This document shows positions 25,398-39,024 of a stretch of 64,000 nucleotides of DNA, piece after piece (within the stretch, counting starts at the first letter, position 1; every line of letters begins with the position of its first letter). The stretch comes from Phoronis australis (Eukaryota > Animalia > Phoronida). Made by a program: the position numbers and the translations under genes. Where the stretch lies: the NCBI GenBank assembly GCA_002633005.1, contig NMRA01000020.1:87621-151620 (forward strand), written 5' to 3'. The notes beneath the pieces are model-generated. The model was not told where the DNA came from and did not search any database. It worked only from the letters and a program-made list of their open reading frames with translations.

Positions 25398-28300
25398 TTT
25401 TGACGACTGTATCACCGCGAAAAGACAACTGTATGACAGTCCTTGTAATTTCCGTTAAAAGACATTGATTGAGGAAAATTCAAATCGTACAGAGTCCAAG
25501 CAAACCAGGTCGTCTTCCCTCGAATAGCCGCGACAGACTGAACTCCAACAAATGGCAAACACCTAGTTTATGTACTTCCTCAGTAATTGGCTAAATGTTG
25601 CCAAATCCAATATGTTATCTTCACTGGCATAAGATCATGATCAACATCCAATAGCTGATAATCAAAAAAGAAACATTATCATCTTCATTGCTGCAGTCTG
25701 TGTGGCAGCAACCAGCTTAATTGACATCTTCTTTCAGACATAATGGCACTTAACGGTGCGCAAAGCAAAGGAAGTGACAATTCAGCATGACAAGGTGTCA
25801 AATGACTGTGTGACAAACACGAGGCCTGGAGAGCAGCCCCCCTGCAGTGACAGCAGATATAGTCAACTTCCTCCTCACAGAGTGTGAACCAACACTGAGT
25901 CGTGGAATTGTTTCTCAAGACCTGACATTATACAGCAGCCAGCCAGCAAGTGCAGGGCTGAATTAACATAACACTTCCCCTTGTGACAGACTACAGAGAC
26001 AGAGGAGACAGTGAGTATTGCCATTTCCTGTTGTTATCAAGTCATCTAAACTTCTGGCATGGGACACAACTAACAGCTTTACTACAGACTGTTAGGTCTG
26101 CATAATTAGGTCAGGAGCAACAGAGTGGGCCAATGACAGTGGAGAGTGCAGCTGTGGGTGTATCATGTGACTGTGTCATGTGACTGACAATGAAGCATAA
26201 GCAGCTGTCACAAAAATGGGAAAAAATACTGGAGAGGTCCTTCTCTGCTGAACACCATCTTGTGCAAAAATGCGGCGAAATCTCACCAATTTTGGATACA
26301 ATATGGCCGACAAGCGAAATTATATTTTGTCATTTTTTTGAAGAACATGTACAGCACAAAAAGACATATTTCCTCCTGCAATTTCTGTTCCACAGGAGCC
26401 ACCAAACAAAGTTTTGAAAATTGTGGCCATTCACAACAACCTTCCAAGAAGTCCTTGGAAAATGAAAACAACAGGCCCATTGTGCAGTGACTGACGTTTG
26501 AAATTTGAAGCAAACCACTAATTATTAAAGAAAAGGTTTTACAATATGATTGGATAATGTGACATGGCGCGACAAACTTTACATGTAAGATAATCAGTAG
26601 GCAACGAAAAAACCAGCGAAAAGAAACGGGACATTACAATTCATTTGTCAGTAGATTCTAAACTACCTGGAAGGAAAGTAAGACTTGAAACTCCGTTGCG
26701 TGGACAAAGCTATAAATAGATATATAGGCAGAATACCTTAACTTAGACACTTAAATGACTAGAATATGTTGTTGCTCAAATCTCCAATGAAAAAGCTCAT
26801 CATTGTGATGTATTTAACGACCGAAGTCGGAGAACAAAGAAGCAGACGTCATTCAGCTAACAACTAACTTTATTCTGCTCTAATAGGTGTCGCCACCTTA
26901 CGGTGTATACATATGTGAATGGCAATATCCCACAATCATGACCTTGAAAAAGTGAACGTGGGTTTGCTCAATTTACCACAAAAAACGAAACAAAAGAAAA
27001 TGTGTTCCTGTAATTTATGTCCACGAATGTGTAATTTACACCTTGCAGTTGAAAAAGTTGAATGTGGACCATCTTAACATGTAATAAAGCAATCAGTGTT
27101 TCCTGGAGAGACTTGTGCTCGATCCCAACAGTGCATCACACTACTTTCAAGGCAATTATAAAAATTCCAAAATTTGGCAAAAATTTGGAACATCATATCT
27201 CAAAAATGACTGATCAGACTTTTGTGAAACTTTCAGATTCTAAGCTTTAAACACTGTTCTCCCAAACCTTTAAGGAATTATATTTAAAATTTCCAGTTTT
27301 GCATGGGCAGATATAACAAAATAGGATGTGTGATTATTGTAAAAAGTTAAAGTTGGAAAGGTTCTACAGACCCTTAAAACACGCATAGATTTTCCTAGGA
27401 TTTGATAAACGAACACAAATTTATCCGGAAAATGACAAATATTGTTGAAAATGAAAATTTAAACTGCTTTGATGAAATCATACTGTTCATAGCTGTAGAC
27501 TGAATGAAAGTGACACGACCATACGCAACATAACTCTGAATTCCGTAGGCATCAAGTGGGTGGTGTAATCATACCATTAATTATGAACAAACAAGAAATC
27601 TATACTGGCTGAAGACATAGAATTATAATGTGTTTATGAGATCAGCTTGTTGCTCAGACCCCAAACTGTGATAATCAGTTTATCTGTAGTGACAGAAACA
27701 TTAATGCAATACACATGTTCACACCTGGTAACATTTGCAAATATGTTAAGTGCTTGTTGCCAGCCAACCTCTTCTATTAGCACTTGATCATCATGCCATA
27801 GTACCTATGGTTGTCCCTAGGTGGCACTGTGACACCAACAAGGAATTGTGCAGAGCACTGGACTTGGCAGGGATTATGCAAACACCTGCATTTCCAATCT
27901 TCTTCCATGAAAGGAATGAGATTGCAGATTCTCATTAGATTTTCAGCCACTGATTAAGTGTACTCACCTTTCAATCAAACTTATCTTTAAAACCTAAAAT
28001 GTTGTGAAGTTCAGTGAAACAGAAAACGCTTAAATCATTACAGAAACGCTTGGTGAAATGGCAGGTTCATAAAAAATGAGAATGTTTTCACAACAAATCC
28101 ACAAAATCCACAGTTGAGATCTCCATATTGTATAATTATCAATTATGTCCTTTGAATTCTGTGTTCTAGTAAAAACTGAAACCATCTGCGAAAGATATTG
28201 GTAGAAACATTGATGGCATTCAAATAAATCTTTCCATAGTTCACCAATTTAGTCCAAGATGGTTAGCAGGCAAATTTTGAGCCAACGTATCGACTTACGG

Positions 28301-30402
28301 TGGAGTGAACACAGACACCTAAATGCTGGTCAAAATGGCTTCCTCTTAAGGTACATGCAGAGACATCTATAGACCAAATTACTCACTGTGAGCTTCATGG
28401 GAGACATGCCTCCACTGAACTCGACCAGCAAAGAACATTTTGCACAAAGACAACACCACAGATCACACACATGCATTCCACAACTTAAGACCTGTGAACA
28501 ACAGTGTGTTTTTATGAACCTGTGAACAACTTAGACCTAAGCTTGTTGCCGTGACAACCAATCAGCAGGGGTGCTCACTTTACATCCCTGGACAGAATTA
28601 GCTAGACACAAGTACACTGAGGGCTTTAATGAGGAAAATTGGTCGTTTGAACTAATCCCAAGAAAGCTACCGCTGCAGAAGTAGGATTTTGTATGGACAC
28701 TAATGCAGCATGTAACTGCAGTTACCAACAAAAACAATGTATTACGCACCGCCACTGGAATCTTATAGAGTAACATCATGCTTCTAGGTTAATGCCTTGG
28801 GTATTGTACAATGGCGTTGAAAAGTGATATTTTTGCTATGTTGAAGGAAGACATTTAGATGGAAGAGCATATCAGATGGAAAGTGCAAAGATTGCCTCTT
28901 AAAGGACCTGCCTGCGCACTTTTATTTTCGTAGACGATTGTCGCGTACGACAGGCCACTGTCTATGCATTCAGACAATTGGATCCCATTTCGTATGCAAC
29001 TGCTGTGGCTTCAGTGAATGTAAACATTTGTGGATCACCTCAATGCTAGTTTTGTTGATAGCTTAAGTAATCCATTTGCACAGTTTCACTAACGGATATT
29101 TTAGAAAATAGCCCCACCCAAAACTACGCCAACGCGCACGGTTTCGGAAGAAATTCCGAAAGCACGCTGTTTACGTGTTTTGATAATCTGATGGATGGTT
29201 CTAAAATACAAACCCAATATGTTTTAATGTAAACTTTTGTTTATTTTAGCAAAACATTTTTTGGGATTGCACTTTCAATCAAACGGATCATTTAATGAAA
29301 CATTGAGCTATTCAGTTGGTATTAACACACTATGGAGGACAGATTTAACAACAGTTTCGAAAAATACGCCAGTACGTCACTATATTTCGAAACAGCTATG
29401 CCATAATGAAATTCACTATCCCATCAGATGGCGGACAGATGTTCAGCGGCACCTACAGAACCCAAGTAATGCAGGCGGGAGGGCTCAACCTATTGGTATA
29501 CGAACAGCATTTTAACACCTTTCCTGATACCATAGTGCCGACAAACCTTTTGAAATGAAATATCCATAGATGAACAAGGACATCCTATTCTAAAGATTTC
29601 GAAGAAGAAACCCGACAAAGCCAGTGCCTGCGGCTGATAAAGCGGGAGAATTTATCCCATTCAATGTCAACACTTTGACTAAAATAAATTAGTCAACTTA
29701 AACATGTATTTGCATGCTCCTAATTATGTCAGTGTAAAGGAGGATCTAAACAACAATGCTATTTTAACGTAATCTATGCCAAACAAAGTGCAATTGTATT
29801 CATTAACAACTTGTAAATGTGAAAAGAAAAAGTCTGCAAATAGGTGACCTTTGCACTAATGACATACCTCGCGGGCTCACATAGCCCGCATCATGCAGTG
29901 TTATACCACAACATAGTAATTAAATTTCTGTCCACCAAATCCGAGTCTGGATCAAGCAGAAGTCACTTCCATGCTCTCGGTACTATACAAAGCACCAGCA
30001 TGAAAAGTCTCTTATTAAAAAAATCAAAACTAGGCGTTTGTTGATCAAATTGTGTTTGTTTTGAAAACACAGACATGTTGAAAGAGACGAACAAAAACAT
30101 CTGTAACACGAGAATGGACAAAATGACCATGACTAAAGACACACAAGTATTACCTGCTACCAAAAAATCTGAAGGTGGCGTGTTCATGACCGATACCAAA
30201 TTGGGCAGACCCCTACTGGGCGTTCTCTGGCTCTCTGAAAATAAGAGCAACAGACTATAGGTTAGTGAGGTGAAAGAAGGGTTCGGGGAAACCTCGTTAC
30301 TACAGACTTACTAAATGTTCATCAGTGCGAGATCTTACGGTAAATTTAATGTCTCACAAGCCAAGTTCTTGAGAACCACAGATCAGAGTGTGACACACAA
30401 AG

Positions 30403-30636
30403 GCTGAGGTGGACAATAGCTGTAGTGTGTTTGACTGGGATGGCTAAAAGCTGTAGCGTGATTGGCTGGGATGGACAATAGCTGCAGTATGATTGGCTAA
30501 GATGGACAATAGCTGAACTGTATTGGTTGGGATGGCCAATAACTGTAGCATGATTGGCTGGGATGGACAATAGCTGTAGTGGGATTGGCTGGGATGGACA
30601 ATAGCTGTAGTGGGATTGGCTGGACAATAGCTGTAG
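30403..30636. repeat. 31-bp satellite, left block
   Basis: Unit ~gattggctgggatggacaatagctgtagtgt, about 7 copies. Confidence 0.93.
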
Positions 30637-32405
30637 AGAATTCCTTCACCTCTAGCAGGTATTTGTATGATGATCTTGTTTTAGCACCGGTACTTATGAC
30701 GTTCACGCATTTTAAAGTACAAAAAATGTTTATCATGGCCAGAGTAATCCTTAATATAGCTGAAAATAGCCAGAAATCCATTGTTATTTTGTTTCACTGA
30801 AACACTGCATGTTTTTTACACATGACATTTAAATCACACATTTAATTGAAATTTAATGTTTTTTCATGATCTTAACATGTATTTCTGGTTTTTCTTCAGG
30901 TGATTGCAGGGATCTGAAAAGTCAAACGCAATTTTTAGGAACACTTGCAAAATGTTATCAACGTTATGCAAAACACTAAATTTGCATGTGCTTCTTTTAC
31001 AGCCATGGCTGAAAAAAGGATTACTAGTGTTTTGAACTGTGTTTTTTAATGGTTAATGGTGTATAAAATTTGATTTAGAAATCACATATTTGTACCAGAT
31101 GTCCTGGTGATTGGATTCCTCAACCAAATAATATCACAGTCGCCTAACAAAAACTGTGTATTCTCCGTAGCCCTGTCTGAATTCCATTAAATTCTTCCAC
31201 TAATAAAAGATATTTGATACTACACATTAGGAATCTTGAAGCCCACAAAAAATATTAAGACTAATTCCTGGATTTGAATTGATCATAAGCAAAGATGTCT
31301 TTCGTGTTCTCTGTAGCCCCTGTATTCTGCATAGCTCCTGTATTCTGCTTAGCCCCTGTATTCTGCATAGCCCCTGTATTCTGCTTAGCCCCTGTATTCT
31401 GCATAGCCCCTGTATTCTGCATAGCCCCTGTATTCTGCATAGCCCCTGTATTCTGCATAGCCCCTGTATTCTGCATAGCCCCTGTATTCTGCATAGCCCC
31501 TGTATTCTGCATAGCCCCTGTATTCTGCATAGCCCCTGTATTCTGCGTAGCCCCCGTATTCTTCGTAGCCCCCAACTTTGAATCGTTATTACATGGTTTG
31601 AAAAAAAATTGTCTCAAGGTGTATTTAGTGAGGAAATGGAGACAAATAAACTCTCCAACACAAAAAAATACAAACTTTTTATTTATGGGTGAGATTTGAG
31701 GCAAGTTTAGCTAAAAATAACTTTTTCAGTATAAACTCATTATCAATAAAACATGAATGTTCTTTGGTCATTCAGAAGTGTTGGTGTTAACAAGTACATG
31801 AACTCAGTTGCATTGCTCGAGTGTTCACCCACTCATAAACAGGTATCTGCATATTTTGCATCCTCCGTAGCCCCCTCCATGATCTGTGATGTGAGATTTA
31901 TGCATACAATGTTTATTGATGATGAAAAGTGCTTTCCTGTATTTCTTTGATGGTAGTTAATGGAATTAGGCATTCCTTTTGACAGTGATGTGACTCTGAT
32001 GATAGTTAAGTGCTGAGTATGTCTAATGATTAAGTACAATTGCTTTGTTTTATTTGTATACTCACATTGTGAAGCATACACAAGTGTGAACCTATTTTTT
32101 ATATTGATGTTCAGTGATTAAGTACATGAGATACCAATAATAAACCTCTTGTTCCTAAGCCAGATTTTTATTAAGTCTTTTTTCCAAAATGGATGTGACA
32201 ATACCAATGATGTATTCTCCGTAGCCCACATTTTTCTTTGCTATTTCAAAAGGCCAAATCTCAAGAACTAAATGATACTTCACAAAAATTTAACCTGGCA
32301 TTCCATATACCATGTTGATTCCAATAAAAGAAGTCTCAAAGCTGAAATGAAAACTTCATGAAATGCCATTCTGAAACAAAAGTGTGCACCCTGAGTGCAA
32401 AAATG
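30637..32405. mobile_element. Unclassified ~1.77-kb insert splitting the 31-bp satellite
   Basis: Same satellite on both sides. Recurring internal motif (t)ctccgtagccc at ~31162, ~31862 and ~32215. Confidence 0.55.
31304..31572. repeat. Minisatellite, 18 bp x ~14
   Basis: Unit tagcccctgtattctgca. Confidence 0.98.
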
Positions 32406-33106
32406 CAGAGTGTGATTAGATGGGATGGAAGATAGGTCTAGAGTGATTGGCTACGATGAACAATAGCTGTTATATGATTGGACGGGATGGGAGATAGCTG
32501 TGGGGCGATTGAATAGGGTAGATAATGGCGGTGGTGAGATTGGATGGGATGAAAGACGGCTGTAGAGTGATTGGCTAAGATGGGCTTTTGCTGTAGTGCG
32601 ATTGGATAGGATGGATGATAGCTATAGATTGATTAGCTAGGATGGACAATAGCTGTAGTATGATAGGGTGGGATGGAAGACAGCTGCAGAGTGATTGCCT
32701 AGGAGGGACAATAGCTGTAGAGTGATTGGGTGGGATGGAAGATAGCTGCAGAGGGATTGCCTAGGAGGGACAATAGCTGTAGAGTGATTGGGTTGGATGG
32801 AAGATAGCTGCAGAGTGATTGCCTAGGAGGGACAATAGCTGTAGAGTGATTGGGTGGGATGGAAGATAGCTACATAGTGATTGCCTAGGAGGGACAATAG
32901 CTGTAGATTGGATATGACGGAACATAGCTGTAGAGTGATTGGCTAAGATGGACAATAGCTGTAGAGTGATTGGCTAAGATGGACAATAGCTGTAGAGTGA
33001 TTGGATGGGATGAAAGATAGCTATAGAATGATTGACTAGGATGGAAATAGTTGTAGTGTGATGGACAATAGCGGAAGAGCGAATGAGTGTTGGACAATAG
33101 TTGTAG
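32406..33106. repeat. 31-bp satellite, right block, with a 62-bp dimer at ~32660-32905
   Basis: Unit gagtgattggctaagatggacaatagctgta, about 22 diverged copies. Confidence 0.95.
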
Positions 33107-33825
33107 CGATGGGCTGCGTCTCTTGGACCACCCTGACTCAAATCAAGACATCCTAACTAGGACATCCTGTTCACCATTTGGAAAAAAAAGAAAAGTAAGC
33201 AAGATATTAGTAAGTATGGTTGTCTCTTAACTCACTAACAGCAGACCTGGAACATAATTGGCCAGTCCGCAATAAAAAAGTTAGTTACTGAGAAAATTCG
33301 TACAAATTATTTCCAGGAGGTGATGTGTTTTAAGTACCCAAGGAGATGCACCATTGCGACATCTCGAGATAAAAGCAATGTTACCAAACCAACTACCAAG
33401 TCCCTGTTACCCGCCAATGCAGTGCCTTTTGTTACTTTCACAATAACACCCCAACTCTCATGTTCTGCATGAATACATGACTCACAAACAGACAGCGCAA
33501 CTCCTCTGAAAACAAATGAATTAAACTGCAGCGTTGTGCAACTTCCCAGCAATGGGGAAGCTCCACTCCAAACCGATGGAAGTAATCACTAGACATGCAA
33601 TACAGGTTTTCAATCGAGAGTCCACATCAATGACGCCATCTGGTATTCATTCCCTAAAACTAACGGAAAGTTTGGTATTGCTACTAGAGAAAAGTTAGGG
33701 GGAAAAGGTAAGGGGGGGGGGGGTTGGGATGGGGATGAGACAGATTGGAGTTTCGCTGGCTAATGGGAAAGTGACATCTTAAAGGGAGAGCGTGAAGTCA
33801 TGGGACTGGCACCACATTCACGTAC

Positions 33826-34065
33826 CTTGTGCTGATAGCGACACATCCCTCTTCCCAAACCCATCCTGCTCACCAGGGGTAGATGACTTGGAGCCTTCTC
33901 TCTTTGCAGCCCCATCTTGTGGCGAGGAGGTCAGCGGTCTGGACTGGTCTTTCCTGGCCGAGTCCTGGCCAGAAGGGGTCGTGGTGGTCAGCTGCTTGCC
34001 ACTGGACTTTGCACTGGACATGACCTGACAGCCACCACGTGAACTTCCTTCATCAAACTCTCTCA
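33826..34065 (-). CDS. OSBPL8: Probable N-terminal low-complexity exon: REFDEGSSRGGCQVMSSAKSSGKQ...DVSLSAQ
   Basis: GC-rich 240-nt open island in an AT-rich intron, ctctgtcgttttcag acceptor, AAG|gtacgt donor, phase 1-1. Confidence 0.65.
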
Positions 34066-35838
34066 CTGAAAACGACAGAGTTAATGTTAAATGAACAGTT
34101 GTTATAGTATATTACCAATTCAGGACACAATATAAAAATAATTGCAGGCGGTCCGCAACACATTGTACCAGATATGCGCAGGCCACGCATGTAGGCCTGT
34201 AATGCACCGATCACGTGAACCATTTTTGTGCCTTATTAATATATAATTAAAATCAAGTGGATGAGTTAGAAACCTGACTCAAGAGTCTAGCAGTGTGGCC
34301 CAGTGAAAGTTCAACCCATGACCCCAGAACACAACACGGCGGACATGTGAAATTTAAAATTTCATTTAATTTCATAAAATATAGGACCATAACACCAAAA
34401 AAATACTTCATCATTTAGAAATTCTATAACATCTGACAAGTTTAGACAAACTGTGGACACTCACAACAATGTTAGAGGCAGAGCCCTATGGGATGTTATG
34501 GTATGCATGTCAAAAACATGGTGAACAATCTGGGAAAAAATTATTAAAATCTCCTTTTTTCTATTTTTAAGCGCTTTTCTATATCCCAACAAAAGCTCAT
34601 AATTTATCAAAATGCTGTTTGATAACAACTATACCATCCAAACCACACTAAAAACAAAGTAAAATTTATTGAAAAGTTATTTTAGTTGATTAATGTCACA
34701 AAATGAAATTCCATATGGTGTTCTGAATCAAAGAATTTTTACAGTAGAACATAGTAGGCATGTTAATACTGAGCTTCACAAAGAAATACTTTATTAAATG
34801 TTGTGTTCTTGATATGATGTTATTTATCCCTCTTACATTGAAAATGATTTAACTATAGAAAGAGGTTATATCATTTCAACCTTGCTGACTTTCTGGTCAC
34901 TTCGTTCACTACCCCTCCCCCAGTCATTCCCAGTTGTGATGGCCATTTCAATGGTCATTTCAACTAGCCCACAGGGAATTCTGGATCATTTCATCCAATT
35001 ACATTTAACATACTTCATGAAGGTACACTGAATTGCCATGCCACGCTCAAAACAAATACATGGTAAATACATGGGCAAATAACAACATGAAACTAATCTT
35101 GGAGTCTGTGGTCCAATATGTGCCAGACAATTCCTCCAACTTTTGCAATACACACAAACTTAACAAGATAGAGACCACAACTCAAGAGGATTAGAATAAA
35201 AATACTTGAGGACTTACTCAATGCCTAGTAATAAAGTATGGAGGAATCACATCAAATGGTATTACTGAGGCACCAATATTGAACAGATCAGACAATTACT
35301 GTTGATCTAGCACTTTAGCAATCATGAATATATTTTGCACCAGTCGCAAAAGCCAAGACTGCAATAAGTACAAAAGTTCCAGATTTTTAATTGTAAATTC
35401 CAAAAAATTCTCAATGTGAAAAGTGTTCTTTCCTCCCCTCCATTTTAAAGACCGTAATGCACCGGGAGCACCAAACTAAATGTGCGATTCCTTCTGATGA
35501 TGTGTAGGGATAGCTTAATTTCTAACGAGAGTGTCGCATCATAGTACAAATGCACCAAGTACACACGAACGCACAAACGCATGCACAAACACACACACCT
35601 AATTTTATTATTTCTAGAATATACCAGCATACAGGTGGTTATATACCTTCTAAGAGAAACACTTTTCTACATATGGTGAGATAGTGTATTGACAAACTCA
35701 CAAGGTAATGAACGAGAGTATCGTATGTAACAGTAGGCAATTCCCCACTCATTTTTTAACGAAAATAATAGCCAAATTGTTATTTTCAAAGGCTACCTAC
35801 ATGGCAAAAGATAATCAAAAGTTTACCTGTTTATTTAA

Positions 35839-36017
35839 AACAGCTCTACACTATAAACTATGCCATCAACAGCTCTACACTATAAACTATGCCAACAACA
35901 GCTCTACACTATAAACTATGCCAACAACAGCTCTACACTATAAACTATGCCAACAACAGCTCTACACTATAAACTATGCCAACAACAGCTCTACACTATA
36001 AACTATGCCAACAACAG
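35839..36017. repeat. Minisatellite, 29 bp x 6
   Basis: Unit aacagctctacactataaactatgccaac. Confidence 0.98.
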
Positions 36018-38349
36018 AATGCTGGGTTTTTCTTAACATTTCCTCCTTTTATTCACTAAGTTTAACTTGACGTCACCTTATGTGCTAAATTGAAATTACC
36101 ATTACCTACTGTGTCAGTCTTTAAATAATCTTTTCAATGCCAAGTTTATTTAGAAATTGCATTTCCCTAAGCATATTAAATTTCAGGAAACTTAGAAAAT
36201 ATGGTGCAATTACAAGCGCAGTGATACAGTTGCTCTACAGGCCAGACACAACCGATTTGTTTTAACATTTTTGCCTGTACTCGAAACTGGTGCATCGTTA
36301 TGTATGCGAAAAAGCAAAATCATGCAAGATCTGGAAAATTGTGAAAGTGACAGGCGAGTGTTTCGCGAGTATGCTCAAGCCACACTAGCGTTACCTGACA
36401 AAATGGCAGCCACTGACATGATTGGTTGGTGAGATTGGAATATGGAATTATGGAAAATAATTGATGAAATATAGGATAGAGTTCACAATTTCCATTCCAT
36501 AAGCAAAGATTACTCACCTCAAGTGCACTGATAATGTCAGATCTATGTAACGATGCTAATGTCTTAAATCTGTATAACAAGCTCACAATTTGTGTCTATC
36601 TTTCGAACACAATTGATGGTAGATAAATAATTTATGTAAGGCAAGCAAGCCTAAACTTTTATCAAGCAATCATAAAAGTTATTAAGGATAAACTGATAAG
36701 CGAACGGGTTAGACACAATTGTTGTCTATTTACAATTTTTGTGTGCAGCATCAATTAACAGTGTACACATGTAACACTGTCCTATGTTGAAACAATACTA
36801 AATAGTATAGTTTTCTATGTAAAAGACCACACGTATATTCAGAAAAAAAAATTTAGGGCTCAAAGAAAAACCCAAACATAAATGACACACATGGCGGTGC
36901 TTTTGACGTCTGCCTCATTTTAACATTCTTACTGAATTGGTTTTATAAAATATAATCCACCACCAGCCATAAGCAGTTTTATACCAGGAACAGTTGTCAA
37001 GGGGCGACTTGCTCCACTTAAGTCGCATTTGCACAACATTGGGTCGCAAACTGGATCGGCATGAGTCATTTAGATAAAGACTGTCTGCGCATGCTCGCAT
37101 AAACAATAGCGAATGTCCAAACCACGTGGAATGCCAGCAGATCGCCCGTATATACGATATTGCAAGCACATTGAAAGATGATCCCTCTCTGCCCTGCCCC
37201 AGTTGTGTTTAGATGTGTAGTTGACACTGGAGCAACTGATCGAGTGCAACTCGCTGTACCTCTAAAACCAGAGTAAAAAATGGCCGCCGAGGTGTCAACT
37301 TGCTCCGTGTCAGTTGTGTTTTCAGACACATAGCACCAAAAAATGCTAAATCTTGTTAAAACTCTGTACCATAGCTACCAACAGGGAAAACTTTTAAAAA
37401 TTGCACTAATTCGTGACAGTGAACTTTGAAAATGAAAACTTACAAAGTTAACAATAGGTTCGTTCAAAAGTTGTGATATTTTACAGTTTCTATAATACAT
37501 GGCATCGGAAATCAAACGCTCGAGTGATATGCAGCCCCTATGGTATGTACCCACAGCAGAGTATGAAATGTACAGACAACACTATCCTCCTCAGTCAATG
37601 TCAGATCTCTGAAGACCTTGTGTTAACTCTTTATTACACTCCAGCTTGGCCTTACAAGGTACAGTGTTTACAAGGTAAATCTCCGACAACCAAAAACAAA
37701 CATCCTCGTCATAGAAGTGAATGAAAAATCCATGTAGGTACACTTGTAGCCAATTTATCCTTATCACAGTTACAGATAATTGAGTGAAATTCCCTGCTCA
37801 CTAACTACCTGACCTGACAAACAACCTATGCTCTAGATTATAAGATAATGTGTACCTTGTACCTTGTAGTTGTGTTTTTAAAGGGGCATTCACGGAGGCA
37901 AAAATAATTTTACAAAAATCTGCAGCAGCACGAAATGGAACCCACTAGGTCTGCAATAGCAGCTGAACGCTTTGCAGCAGAGCTAAAGCCTTGGTTTAAA
38001 TAGCAGTGTAAACTATGTTATAAGCATAGTTTATTTAATCTAACTGAGAAAGTCACTGACCTTGATTTCAGCGAATTCTGGCTGACAACAAGAATTGGCA
38101 ATTTGTAATAAAATCGCAAACAATCCCATCCAACAAACCAAAAAGGTGTTTTTAAGCCATAAAAGCAATAAAATCTCTTTATGTACTAATTTATTTCTCC
38201 CCAAGTCTGTTTTACAAGACATAATTGTGATAGTATAAGCTATATGCAAAGTAACAAATCAATGATAGTCAAGTAAACTGTACAACTGTACATAAATTAA
38301 ACTTGACAGCTGGAAAAAATTAGTTAACACAGTTTTCACACACTAATTT

Positions 38350-38448
38350 GGCAATAGTTGGATATATTTTGAGAACTAGTTTGATGCCCGTTATTCAGTG
38401 GAGAAAACTGCTTCTCAAAATGCAGGCACGTTATATCCGACCATTACC
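38350..38448. mobile_element. Copy of ~110-bp palindromic MITE family B
   Basis: Aligns to 41188-41297 with a deletion in the left arm. Confidence 0.8.
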
Positions 38449-39024
38449 CAAAATTCTACAAATTTGTTCTTTTGACAACGTGCATTTTTGAAAGATTTTG
38501 CTCTGGAATTATAAGAAAGTTTGGTTCCAGTTTTTGTTCTGCTATTTTGAATGAATCTCTTACAGTGCAAAAATAATGCAGCTTGTTACACTGTTGTCGT
38601 CACAAACAGGTGCTCCAAATAACATTGCTTCCAAAGTTGTCCGTCTGACAGGACTCTGACAAAGATAGTTAAGGTAAAATGCCACCATTTTTGGACAAAA
38701 ATAATTGCCAATATGATCTTTTCAGTTTTTCAAAAGCTTCTTACAATGTAGTGAATGCCCGCAATTTCTGAAGTCACCTTAATGAAAAGCTTTAAAAACT
38801 GACGAAGAATTTATTTGCTGCAATATTACCTACAAAAAAATGAGAAACAAAATATATTTCACTTGTCCATCACATTGTGTCCCACATTGTGAACTTGCCT
38901 CGCCTTGTTTCGTAAAGCAGAATATCTTTCATGTCGTTCTTACCGTAGTACGGATTCCACCAGACAGGTTACCGTAGCAACGTAATCGCTAGTCATCTGG
39001 TTGTATTAGCAGATTTACGTAGCC

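Larger units (their letters stand above)
1..34065 (-). other. OSBPL8: Span of a multi-exon ORP5/ORP8-like (OSBPL8) gene; 3' end beyond left edge, 5' end uncertain
   Basis: Chain of GT-AG exons with compatible phases. They translate to SESRLFN...KKDSLKVQKK (polybasic), a PH domain, LPTFILE, KKPYNPILGETF, EQLSHHPP and RPWDP, all diagnostic of the ORP5/8 subfamily. Confidence 0.93.

Noticed and set aside
28899-29520. Kolobok-like start ttaa|aggacc; similar starts near 37879 and 51710
   Set aside because: No matching right TIR could be found.
31261-31704. MQNTGA / APVFCI repeat ORFs
   Set aside because: Produced by the 18-bp minisatellite.
38944-38996. Possible small minus-strand exon with a strong gtaaga donor
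   Set aside because: The open frame gives phase 0-2, and the phase-1-compatible frame has a stop.
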